A stretch of DNA of 64,000 nt, taken from Thermodesulfobacteriota bacterium. Its GTDB lineage: Bacteria; Desulfobacterota; Desulfovibrionia; Desulfovibrionales; Desulfovibrionaceae. The notes under the pieces were generated by a model. It worked only from the letters and a program-made list of their open reading frames with translations, did no database searches and was not told the DNA's origin. Position numbers and translations under genes: made by a program. The stretch covers positions 8,833 through 72,832 of the forward strand of contig JBMONM010000120.1 in assembly GCA_049324675.1 (NCBI GenBank), written 5' to 3'. Below, in pieces: positions 24,803 through 33,504 of the stretch (its first letter is position 1; each line of letters begins with the position of its first letter).

Positions 24803-26206
24803 ATGATAAAGCCCGTCATTCTGTGCGGCGGCTGCGGAAGCCGCCTCTGGCCGCTCTCCCGCAACCTGTACCCGAAGCAGTTCCTGGCGCTTTTAGGCGA
24901 AAAGACCCTGTTCCAGGAGACGCTGGCCCGGGCGGCCGGGCTCCCCGGGGCCCTCGCGCCCATGACCGTGTGCAACCTCGAACACCGGTTCATCGTGGCC
25001 GAGCAGCTGCGGGGCCTGGGCCTTGAAGGGGAGATCGTGCTCGAACCGGCCGGACGCAACACCGCGCCGGCCATCGCCGTGGCCGCCCTGCGCTGCGAAA
25101 AGCGCGACCCCGTGCTTCTGGTCCTGCCGGCGGACCACCATATCGAGCCCCGGGAGGATTTCGCGCGGGCCGTGGACCAGGCCCTGCCCCTGGCCGAGGA
25201 GGGTTGGCTGGTCACCTTCGGCATCGATCCGACCCGCCCGGAGACGGGCTACGGGTACATCCGCGGCGGCCGGCCCAGGGGGGGCGGGCGGCATATCGAC
25301 GCCTTCGTGGAGAAGCCGGACCTGAAGCGGGCCGAGGCCATGCTGGCCGAGGGCGGGCATTATTGGAACAGCGGAATCTTCGTGCTCAAGCCCTCGGCCT
25401 ACCTGCGGGAGATGGAGCGGCTCCAGCCGGAGATGCTCGAGGCCTGCCGCCGAGCCGTGGCCGCCAGCAAGGCGGACCTGGATTTTATCCGCCTGGACAG
25501 GAAGGCCTTTGAGGCCTGTCCCGAGGACTCCATCGATTACGCGGTCATGGAAAAGACCGACAAGGGCGTCGTGGTGCCCATGTCCGTGCGCTGGAGCGAT
25601 CTGGGCTCGTGGCACGCGCTGTTCGAGGCCGGCCCAAAGGACGCGCACGGGAACGTGACCCATGGCGACGTGCACATCCATGACGCCGAAGGGTGCTATC
25701 TGGATTCGCGCGACAGGCTGCTGACGGCCGTGGGCGTGCGGGACCTGGTGGTGGTGGTCACGGCCGACGCCGTGCTGGTCGCGGACAAGGATGCGTCGCC
25801 CCGGGTCAAGGAGCTGGTGGCCGGGCTGCGCCGGGAGGGCCGCCCCGAGGTGGTCTCCCACCGCAAGGTCTACCGGCCGTGGGGCGCATACGAGACCACG
25901 GACCAGGCCGACCGGTTCAAGGTCAAGCGCATCACGGTCAACCCGGGCCAGATCCTGTCCCTGCAAAAGCACCACCACCGGGCCGAACACTGGATCGTGG
26001 TGCGGGGCACGGCGGCCATCGTCAACGGCGACACGGAGCTCGTGCTGCGGGAGGACCAGTCCACGTACATCCCCATCGGCAACGTGCACCGTCTGGAAAA
26101 TCCGGGCCGGATCCCCCTGGACATCATCGAGGTCCAGACCGGCTCCTACCTGGAAGAGGACGATATCGTCCGCCTGGACGACGTGTACAACCGCCTGGCC
26201 GATTGA
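24803..26206 (+). CDS. manC: Mannose-1-phosphate guanylyltransferase / mannose-6-phosphate isomerase (type II PMI-GMP)
   Basis: Trimmed to ATG 24803. Contains MIKPVILCGGCGSRLWPLSRNLYPKQF...FVEKPDLKRAEAMLAEGGHYWNSGIFV...RPWGAYETTDQADRFKVKRITVNPGQILSLQKHHHRAEHWIVVRGTA, the cupin PMI domain. Confidence 0.95.
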   Translation: MIKPVILCGGCGSRLWPLSRNLYPKQFLALLGEKTLFQETLARAAGLPGALAPMTVCNLEHRFIVAEQLRGLGLEGEIVLEPAGRNTAPAIAVAALRCEKRDPVLLVLPADHHIEPREDFARAVDQALPLAEEGWLVTFGIDPTRPETGYGYIRGGRPRGGGRHIDAFVEKPDLKRAEAMLAEGGHYWNSGIFVLKPSAYLREMERLQPEMLEACRRAVAASKADLDFIRLDRKAFEACPEDSIDYAVMEKTDKGVVVPMSVRWSDLGSWHALFEAGPKDAHGNVTHGDVHIHDAEGCYLDSRDRLLTAVGVRDLVVVVTADAVLVADKDASPRVKELVAGLRREGRPEVVSHRKVYRPWGAYETTDQADRFKVKRITVNPGQILSLQKHHHRAEHWIVVRGTAAIVNGDTELVLREDQSTYIPIGNVHRLENPGRIPLDIIEVQTGSYLEEDDIVRLDDVYNRLAD

Positions 26207-26230
26207 CCGTGCCCGCGTGACGAGGCCGTG

Positions 26231-27004
26231 ATGGCGTATTTCACCATTATCACCGCCACCCGCGACGCGGAAAGGACCCTGCCGGGCCTGCTCGCGTCCC
26301 TGGCCGCCCAGACCTGCCGGGACTTCACCCACATCGTACAGGACGGCGGCTCACGGGACGCCACGGTCGCCGTCGCCCGGGCCCACGCCGAAAGGCTCCC
26401 GGAACTGCGCCTGGAAAGCGCCCCCGACGCCGGCATCTACGACGCCTGGAACACGGCGCTTGCCGCGAACGCCGCGTCGCTGGGGGAATGGGTCCTGTTC
26501 CTGGGCGCGGACGACAGGCTGGCCGCGCCGGACACGCTTGCGCGGGCGCGGGCCCTTTTGGAGGGCCTGCCGCCGGCCGTCCGGTTCGCCAGCGGCAGGG
26601 CCCTGCTCGAAGACCGTGCCGCCGGAAGGCTGCTGGACATCTCCGGGGACGCCGCCAGGGCCCTGGCCGATCTCCCGAAACGCATGCCCGTGCCGCATAC
26701 GGCCCTTTTCCACCGCGCGTCGCTCTTCTCGTCCAGCCGCTTCGACGCCTCCTTCAGAATCGCCGGGGACTACGAGTTCGTGGCCCGGCACTGGACCGCC
26801 CGCGAGCACGGGGCGAATGTGGATCTGGTGGTCACGATCATGGGGGACGGGGGGCTCAGCGTGGACCCGGCCCACCTCCCCCTGTGCCGGGAGGAGACCA
26901 GGCGCGTGCAGCGGACCTTTTTCCCGGTGCGGCACCGGATACACGCCGCGCGGGGGGCGGCATGGCGGCTGTGGAGCCGCCTGCGCCGGCCGGACGCCGG
27001 CTGA
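26231..27004 (+). CDS. Small GT2 glycosyltransferase
   Basis: MAYFTIITATRDAERTLPGLLASLAAQTCRDFTHIVQDGGSRD...LFLGADDRL. The start is ATG 26231, or the GTG at 26228 used by the track. Confidence 0.8.
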   Translation: MAYFTIITATRDAERTLPGLLASLAAQTCRDFTHIVQDGGSRDATVAVARAHAERLPELRLESAPDAGIYDAWNTALAANAASLGEWVLFLGADDRLAAPDTLARARALLEGLPPAVRFASGRALLEDRAAGRLLDISGDAARALADLPKRMPVPHTALFHRASLFSSSRFDASFRIAGDYEFVARHWTAREHGANVDLVVTIMGDGGLSVDPAHLPLCREETRRVQRTFFPVRHRIHAARGAAWRLWSRLRRPDAG

Positions 27005-27260
27005 GGAACGTCGCGCGGCCTGCCGTGTTCCGGGCTTTGGGCTTCTGGAAAACTCGCCCGGGAGGCGGGGATGGCGCTTGCGGGCAAAGCGTGGTAGTGG
27101 ACCCGTGTTCAAATTTCCTTAGGAGCGCAACGGATTATGCACGGCTCCAGGCATGTTCCATGGAGACGTTACACGTTTTCCCAACCCGTGACCGAAGAGA
27201 AATGAAGCCGCACGATCCCGGGCGGGAAGCCCTGCCCCAGGTCGTTGCCGCGATACGGAC

Positions 27261-29807
27261 ATGACCATTTCGTCCCCAGCACATCCATCCGTCGATACTT
27301 CCCCTCAGAAAACCGCATGGCTTCCGGGATTCGCCGCCCTGCTGGCGGTGGCGGCCGTTTTCCATATCCTGGAATACCAGTATCTCCAGAATGCCTACGC
27401 GACACATATGCCCCACTACGATTCCATGGGCAGCTACATGTACATGTATGAGGTGATGAACACCCTGCATGCGCAAGGGTTTTTCCCGGCCTTGAAGCTG
27501 GCCTCGGGACATTTTCTTTCCTGGGGCATGAGTTTCTTCGCCCTCGTTTTTTCCCCGGTGCTCCGGAACACGCCGCAAAGCCTCCTCCTGTTCCATACCC
27601 TGTGCATCCTCGTTTTCATGCTGTCCGTCCACAGCGCGGCCCTGGCCCTGGGAAAGGACTGGAAACTGGGCGTGGCGGCATCCCTGATGATCTTTTTGCC
27701 GGACACGTTTTATTCATGGCAGGGAGGCCTCCACGACCTGCAACGGGACATCAGCTTCGTCGCGCTGCTCGGGGCGGCCTGTTTCCTGTTTTTCGCCGCC
27801 GTCTGGAAGCCGTCCGTCTGGAAAAGCCTTTCCTTGGGATTCGTCGCCGCCCTCTCCGTCTGGTCCCGGGACAACGGCATCTTCTGGTTCATCCTCATCT
27901 TCTGCCCCATCGTCGGGGTCTGGCTCCTGGGCCGGCTCCGGCGCCGGGACTTCGGCACCCCGCGGCGCGTTCTTGTGCCGGCCCTCCTGCCCTTCGCGGC
28001 CATGGTCCTGCCCTTTTTGCTTCTCTGTTATGCCTCGATCCGGTCGCGCATGGGCAACACCTATCTGCGCTGGGCCTTCGGCCACGACATCCTGGCCTCG
28101 CTTCGGGAGTTCTGGGATGTCCCGCTGCTGATCTTCTTCGGCCGCGTGGGGCCGCTCACCAGCCTGGACCAGGGAACCTGGGTGGCGACCCTGTCCCTTG
28201 TCGGCGGCCTGGGCGCCTGTCTCGTCGCCTTGCGGCTTTGCGCCGTGCTGCGCTTCGACCGATCCTTTCTCCTGGGCGCCCGGGGCCTGTCCGTGCTCGG
28301 CGCCGGGGTGTGGTCCCTTTTCATCACCTCCTTTCTGCTCATCGCCTATCTCAAACTGACGCCGAGCCAGTCCGGTCTGGGCTACCACAGCGTCAAGCAC
28401 ATGTTTTATACCTCGCTCCTGGGCTTCTTTTTCCTGCTTTTCTACCTTGTGACCGCTGTCGCACCCGGCCGTCGCGCGCCGTCCGGCCGGGTGCTGCTGG
28501 GAGGGCTCGGGGTTGTGTGCCTCATCCTGGCCTGGGCCGGCATTCACCGCACCCTGGCCAAAACCCCGCCGGCTGAACCGGAACATCTGCATATCGCGCA
28601 GGAACTCTCCACAACAGTCTCGATACCGGGCCGGGAAGCGTCCACCGTGGCCTTCATGTGGCATGATAAAATCAGCATAGACGCATTACGTTACTTTTCA
28701 TTGCAAAAAGGCCGCGACGCAATAAAAAAACTCTATTATCCTCATCCCTTGAACACGTCTCTTGAACTGGATTTCGCCGTCAACGCCCCGGAAAACGAGA
28801 TCCCCGCGCTTCTTCAAAGCCTTCATGAGCACACCATGGCGCGTGCCGACTATGTCGTCTGCAATGCCTCGCCCGGAGCGTATTCCACGCCGAAGCACCA
28901 TTATTTTTTCTTTCGCCACGGACAACCGGTGGTGGACTCCCTGCTGCGCGATCCCGAATTCGAAACGGTATACCGCTTCACGTTGCTCGGGCAGCCCTTC
29001 GTGGTGCTCAAGAACCTCCGCCGGTTCGCCGCGGCCCGGCCCGGGGAGGACGATCCCCCCTCTTCCGCCTCCGGACCCGGCATCCCCAGGGACATGGATA
29101 TTTTTCTGTTGATGGGGCAAAGCAACATGAGCGGCCGGGGCCGCCTGGGCGATGTTTCGCCGACCGCCGCGCCCGAGGGCGTCTGGATGTACGCCAACTC
29201 GGGACAGTGGAAGCCCGCCGCCGAGCCGGTGGACGACGCCGCGGGGCAGGTGGACGAGGTCTCCCTGGACGCAAACGCCGGCTACGGGCCGTCCCTGGCC
29301 TTCGGGATGACCCTGCGCGAGCTGACGGGCCGTCCGGTCGGCCTGGTCCCCTGCGCCAAGGGGGCCAGCGGCATCGACGCCTGGCTGCCCTCCACCTCCC
29401 GGGGGACGCTGTACGGCTCGTGCCTGGCCCGGGCCCGCGAGGCCGGGCGGCACGGCGTGGTTCGCGGCGTCCTGTGGCTGCAGGGGGAAAACGACGCCAT
29501 GCGGCAGGGTCTGGCCGAAGCATGGCCGGGGAGGTTCGAGACCATCGTCGCCGCGTTGCGCACGGATCTCGGCGACGCCGCCCTGCCGGTGGTCTTCGCC
29601 CAGCTGGGGGCCGATCCGGACGACGCCCGTTTTCGTTTCTGGGAAGCGGTGAAAAAGAGTCAGGCCGCAGTCGCCATTGCGGGCACCGATATGATTACGA
29701 CCGAGGATCTGCCGCACGACGGCGTGCACTTCACCGCCCAGGGGTATGCCCTGCTCGGCGCGCGCCTTGCCCGCGCCGCGGCCGCCCTTGGCCGGCCCGC
29801 CCAATGA
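27261..29807 (+). CDS. Fusion protein: N-terminal polytopic membrane domain, a middle soluble domain and a C-terminal SASA/CE6-type (sialate O-acetylesterase-like) SGNH domain
   Basis: 848-aa ORF. The first roughly 430 aa are mostly hydrophobic helices. From about nt 29095 the C-terminus reads DIFLLMGQSNMSGRG...GYGPSLAFG...LWLQGENDA...HDGVHFT. This matches the GQSNM / WxQGExD / DxxH blocks of the DUF303/SASA esterase family. Confidence 0.8.
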   Translation: MTISSPAHPSVDTSPQKTAWLPGFAALLAVAAVFHILEYQYLQNAYATHMPHYDSMGSYMYMYEVMNTLHAQGFFPALKLASGHFLSWGMSFFALVFSPVLRNTPQSLLLFHTLCILVFMLSVHSAALALGKDWKLGVAASLMIFLPDTFYSWQGGLHDLQRDISFVALLGAACFLFFAAVWKPSVWKSLSLGFVAALSVWSRDNGIFWFILIFCPIVGVWLLGRLRRRDFGTPRRVLVPALLPFAAMVLPFLLLCYASIRSRMGNTYLRWAFGHDILASLREFWDVPLLIFFGRVGPLTSLDQGTWVATLSLVGGLGACLVALRLCAVLRFDRSFLLGARGLSVLGAGVWSLFITSFLLIAYLKLTPSQSGLGYHSVKHMFYTSLLGFFFLLFYLVTAVAPGRRAPSGRVLLGGLGVVCLILAWAGIHRTLAKTPPAEPEHLHIAQELSTTVSIPGREASTVAFMWHDKISIDALRYFSLQKGRDAIKKLYYPHPLNTSLELDFAVNAPENEIPALLQSLHEHTMARADYVVCNASPGAYSTPKHHYFFFRHGQPVVDSLLRDPEFETVYRFTLLGQPFVVLKNLRRFAAARPGEDDPPSSASGPGIPRDMDIFLLMGQSNMSGRGRLGDVSPTAAPEGVWMYANSGQWKPAAEPVDDAAGQVDEVSLDANAGYGPSLAFGMTLRELTGRPVGLVPCAKGASGIDAWLPSTSRGTLYGSCLARAREAGRHGVVRGVLWLQGENDAMRQGLAEAWPGRFETIVAALRTDLGDAALPVVFAQLGADPDDARFRFWEAVKKSQAAVAIAGTDMITTEDLPHDGVHFTAQGYALLGARLARAAAALGRPAQ

Positions 29808-29847
29808 CGGCGGGCGACGGCGCGATCCTTTCCGGGGAGAAAAACGC

Positions 29848-32001
29848 ATGAAGGTCGCTGTGTATGGGAATAACCGGGGGGCGGTGCGCATCCTCGAGTT
29901 CCTGACGAGTTTTTTGCCCGCGAGCGACCTGTTCGCCGTCGCCCCCTATTCCGAAAAGGTCTATTTCTGGGCCGACTCGGTCCTGGATTTCGCCAGAAAC
30001 CACGGCATCCGGGTCATACAGGACCCCGGGGACGCCAGCCTGAAGCGGGAGATCCTGCAGGACATGCGCCGGTTCGCCCCGGACGTCCTGTTGTCCGTCT
30101 TTTACGGCCTGTACATCGACCCCGAAATCATCGCCATCCCCTCCCGCTGCGCCATCAATTTCCACGCCTCCCTGCTGCCCAAATACCGGGGGTTCGCGCC
30201 CCTGATCTGGGCCGTCGCCAACGGGGAAAGCGAAACCGGCGTGAGCGCGCAGTTCATGAACAACCCCTACAACCAGGGCGACATCCTGATGCAGCGCCCC
30301 CTGCCCATCGGGCCGGACGACACGGGCTACAGCCTGCATAACGCGGCCACGGACCTGATCGCCCGGATGCTGCCCGAGCTGTGGGAGATGATCGAGCGCG
30401 ACGCCTTCGACCCCCGGCCCCAGGACAGTTTCGGCTCCTATTATCCCCGGGACTCCCAGCGCATAAACCAGATCAACTGGCGCTACTCGGCCTCCTCGAT
30501 CCGCAACGTCGTCCGGGCCCTGGCCCCGCCCATGCCCGGGGCATACTCCTACCTCGACGGCGGGCGGTGCATCCTGGCCCGGGTCGGACTGCGCCGGCGC
30601 GGGGCGCCGAACATGGCCCCGGGCGAGCTTTTTTTCCAGGACGACGAGGTGCTCGTGGCCACCGGCCAGGACTGTCTGGCCATCGAATCCGTGGTGGTGG
30701 ACGGGGTCGAGATGGACGGGGCCACGTTTCGCGCGCGCCACCTCGAACACCTGGAACGGCCGGCGCTGCGCAACCTGCCCGAGGATTCCGGGTTCGCGCC
30801 GGAAACCATCGCCATGGAAGGCGGGCAGCCCGTCTGCCAGAAATACATCTTCTTCGGCCTGCCCTCCCTGGGGGAGGAGGAGGAACGGGCCATGGTCGAG
30901 ACCCTGCGCTCCCAGTGGATCGGCATGGGGAAAAAGACCCTGGAGTTCGAAAACCGCTTCGCCGAATACGTGGGCAGCGGCTGGGCCCTGTCCACGAGCT
31001 CCTGCACCGCGGCCCTGCATCTGGGGTTGCTGGCCCTGGGGATCGGCCCGGGCGACGAGGTCATCACCACCCCCCTGACCTTCGTGGCCACGGCCAACGC
31101 CATCGAATACACAGGGGCCAGGCCGGTGTTCGCGGATGTCGAGCCGGACACGCTGAACCTCGATCCCGAGCGGGTCGCGGCCGCGATCACCCCGCGCACC
31201 AAGGCCATTTTGCCCGTGCATTTCGGGGGCCTTCCCGTGAACATGGAGGCCTTCGAGGCCCTGGCGCACAAGCACGGCCTGCATGTGCTGTATGACGCGG
31301 CCCATGCCGTGGGCGGCTCCTACAAGGGGGTGCGCATCGGCGGCGGCGGGCATCTGTCCTGCTTCAGCTTCTACCCCAACAAGAACCTGACCACCTGCGA
31401 AGGGGGCATGGTGACCGGCGACGACGAGTCCGTCCTCGGCGCGCTCAGGCTGCTGCGCCAGCACGGCCTGCGGGACAACGCCTGGCAACGCTACCAGACC
31501 AAGCGAATCATCCTCTACGAGGCCAGCACCCTGGGCTATAAATACAACATGACGGATCTCCAGTCGGCCATCGGCCTGGCACAGCTTGAAAAGCTGGAGG
31601 GATTCCAGAAGCGCCGGGAGGAGATCGCCCAGTATTACAACAGCGTGATCCAGGACATGGACTGCGTTGCGAGTTGCTACCAGCCGCAGCGTTACGACGG
31701 GTCCAGGCATGCCCTGCATCTCTATATCGTTCTTCTGGACATGGACAGACTCTGCACGGACCGCAACCAGATCGCGGCCGCCCTGCGGGAGGAGAACATC
31801 GGCGTGGGCATTCATTATCTTCCCGTGCACAGGCATGCCTATTACCGGGAAAAATACGCCCTTTCCCCCGCCGACTATCCGGTGGCGGACCGCGCCGGCA
31901 ACACCTGCATCACCCTTCCCACCAACCCGTCCATGAGCCAGGTCGACGCGGCCATGGTCATCAAGGCCCTGCGAAAGGTCCTCACATGGTACTCCCGATG
32001 A
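29848..32001 (+). CDS. Fusion protein: N-terminal formyltransferase (Fmt/ArnA-N-like) plus C-terminal DegT/DnrJ/EryC1 PLP sugar aminotransferase
   Basis: Trimmed from track ORF 29746..32001 to ATG 29848 (MKVAVYGNNRG). NFHASLLPKYRGFAPLIWAVANGESETGVS is the formyltransferase HxSLLPxxRG motif. The C-terminus ...EFENRFAEYVGSGWALSTSSCTAALHLGLLALGIGPGDEVITTPLTFVATANAI...FSFYPNKNLTTCEGGMV contains the DegT-family active-site Lys. Confidence 0.9.
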   Translation: MKVAVYGNNRGAVRILEFLTSFLPASDLFAVAPYSEKVYFWADSVLDFARNHGIRVIQDPGDASLKREILQDMRRFAPDVLLSVFYGLYIDPEIIAIPSRCAINFHASLLPKYRGFAPLIWAVANGESETGVSAQFMNNPYNQGDILMQRPLPIGPDDTGYSLHNAATDLIARMLPELWEMIERDAFDPRPQDSFGSYYPRDSQRINQINWRYSASSIRNVVRALAPPMPGAYSYLDGGRCILARVGLRRRGAPNMAPGELFFQDDEVLVATGQDCLAIESVVVDGVEMDGATFRARHLEHLERPALRNLPEDSGFAPETIAMEGGQPVCQKYIFFGLPSLGEEEERAMVETLRSQWIGMGKKTLEFENRFAEYVGSGWALSTSSCTAALHLGLLALGIGPGDEVITTPLTFVATANAIEYTGARPVFADVEPDTLNLDPERVAAAITPRTKAILPVHFGGLPVNMEAFEALAHKHGLHVLYDAAHAVGGSYKGVRIGGGGHLSCFSFYPNKNLTTCEGGMVTGDDESVLGALRLLRQHGLRDNAWQRYQTKRIILYEASTLGYKYNMTDLQSAIGLAQLEKLEGFQKRREEIAQYYNSVIQDMDCVASCYQPQRYDGSRHALHLYIVLLDMDRLCTDRNQIAAALREENIGVGIHYLPVHRHAYYREKYALSPADYPVADRAGNTCITLPTNPSMSQVDAAMVIKALRKVLTWYSR

Positions 32002-32735
32002 ACGACGCCGCGCCCATGCCCATCGAGGAGGTTTCCGTCATCATCCTGGCCTACAACGACATGGAGGTCGTGGAGGAGAGCGTCCGCTACGTCCATGCCA
32101 CCCTCGGCCGGCTGGCCCGGCGCTTCGAGGTCATCGTGGTCGAGGACTGCAGCACGGACGGCACCCGGGAGATCGTCCGGGCCCTGGAACAGGAGCTTCC
32201 CGAGGTGCGGGCCGTTTATCACGCGAAAAACAGGGGCGTGGGCGACGGCCTGCGGGACGGCTTCCAGGCCGCCCGGTACGACCTGGTCTGCACCAACTGC
32301 GCCGACCTGCCGTTCGACGTGGCGGACCTGGCCCGGGCGGTCCCCGCCATGCTGTCGCAGCAGGCCGACGTCTGCGTCATGGTCCGGCACGACCGCTCGG
32401 CCAATTCCGCGTTCCGCAAGCTGACCTCCTACGTCAACTATCTGATCATACGCCTGCTCTTCAATACCCCGGTGCATGATTACAACTTCGTTCAAATGTA
32501 CAAGCGCGCCGTCTGCCAGTCGATCCCGCTACAGGCAAAAGATGTGTTCGTTCCTCCGGAGCTCATCATAAAGGCCTATCGCGCCGGCCACAAGATCGTC
32601 GAGTTTCGAACGACTTTTCATCCGAGGAAGGCCGGCAGGAGCAAGTACGGCCATCCCAAGCACTTCATCCGGACGTTTCGGGATCAGATTCTTTTTTGGA
32701 CCCGCCTGCGCCTCAAAAAGAGTCCCCATGCCTGA
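31998..32735 (+). CDS. DPM1/ArnC-like GT2 (polyprenyl-phosphate glycosyltransferase candidate), soluble form
   Basis: The ATG at 31998 forms an ATGA overlap with the upstream stop. Contains VSVIILAYNDMEVVEESV...VIVVEDCSTDGTREIV...HAKNRGVGDGLRDGF...CADLPFD...PELIIKAYRAGHKIVEF. Confidence 0.8.
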   Translation: MNDAAPMPIEEVSVIILAYNDMEVVEESVRYVHATLGRLARRFEVIVVEDCSTDGTREIVRALEQELPEVRAVYHAKNRGVGDGLRDGFQAARYDLVCTNCADLPFDVADLARAVPAMLSQQADVCVMVRHDRSANSAFRKLTSYVNYLIIRLLFNTPVHDYNFVQMYKRAVCQSIPLQAKDVFVPPELIIKAYRAGHKIVEFRTTFHPRKAGRSKYGHPKHFIRTFRDQILFWTRLRLKKSPHA

Positions 32736-33492
32736 GCCGAATTACAACGAAAACGACATCGCCTTCCTCAACGCCATAGAAGAGCACCACTTCTGGTACA
32801 GGACCCGTCGGCATCTGCTGAGAACCCTGCTCCGGGACGTTTCCCCGCAGCTTCCCGCCGCGCCGGCGATTCTCGACCTCGGCTGCGGCAACGGCTCCAT
32901 GGTTTCGACCATCCGGGAATACGGGACCTACGTGGGCATCGAATACGCCCGGGAGGCCGCGGCCAACTGCCGGGCCAAGGGCGTCCCGGCCCTGGTCGGC
33001 GACGCCCGGCGCATTCCCCTGCGCACGGATTCCATGGATGTGGTCACGATTCTCGACCTGCTGGAACACGTCGACGACGACCGGGCCGTGCTCGAGGAAT
33101 GCTCCCGGGTGCTCAGGCCCGGCGGCTTCCTGCTGGTCATGGTCCCGGCCTTCATGGCCTTGTGGACCTCCTTCGACGAATATTCCTTCCACAAGCGGCG
33201 GTATTCCCGGGGCCGGCTGTCGCGGTTGCTGCGGGACTCCGGTTTCGTTCCGGCCCGAAAGGGCTACATGTTTTCCTTTCTCTTTCCCGTCCTGTTGTTC
33301 AACAGCCTCCTGGAGCGGATCAGGCCCGGAAAGCCGGATCGCGGACAGGGGTGGCGCCGGCGCCTGGCCCCGCCGCGCCCCGGGGTCAACGGATTGCTTT
33401 GCACGCTGGGAAGACTGGAGACCATGTTCATGCGCCGCGGCCTGGTCCCCTTCGGGACCACCTTCCTGGCCATATGCCGCAACGTCAAATAA
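32728..33492 (+). CDS. Class I SAM methyltransferase (Methyltransf_11/23-like)
   Basis: 254-aa ORF with EEHHFWYRTRR...ILDLGCGNGSM...VTILDLLEHVDDDRAVLEECSRVLRPGGFLLVMVP. Paralog of 39687..40442. Confidence 0.85.
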   Translation: MPEPNYNENDIAFLNAIEEHHFWYRTRRHLLRTLLRDVSPQLPAAPAILDLGCGNGSMVSTIREYGTYVGIEYAREAAANCRAKGVPALVGDARRIPLRTDSMDVVTILDLLEHVDDDRAVLEECSRVLRPGGFLLVMVPAFMALWTSFDEYSFHKRRYSRGRLSRLLRDSGFVPARKGYMFSFLFPVLLFNSLLERIRPGKPDRGQGWRRRLAPPRPGVNGLLCTLGRLETMFMRRGLVPFGTTFLAICRNVK

Positions 33493-33504
33493 ACAGGGGT
33501 CATC

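Noticed and set aside
27090-27130. gtggtagtggacccgtgttcaaatttcc, vaguely tRNA-3'-end-like, which might have been an integration att remnant.
   Set aside because: The proposed T-stem arms (CCGTG / TTCCT) are not complementary, and there is no CCA-proximal acceptor pairing.
18898-31836. Long antisense track ORFs: 18898..20976 (-) 692 aa, 23089..25224 (-) 711 aa, 24893..26332 (-) 479 aa, 28698..29891 (-) 397 aa, and 29731..31836 (-) 701 aa.
   Set aside because: The reason is the same as above. They are opposite to unmistakable genes (double GT2, manB, manC, formyltransferase-aminotransferase), and their sequences are compositionally biased with no motifs.
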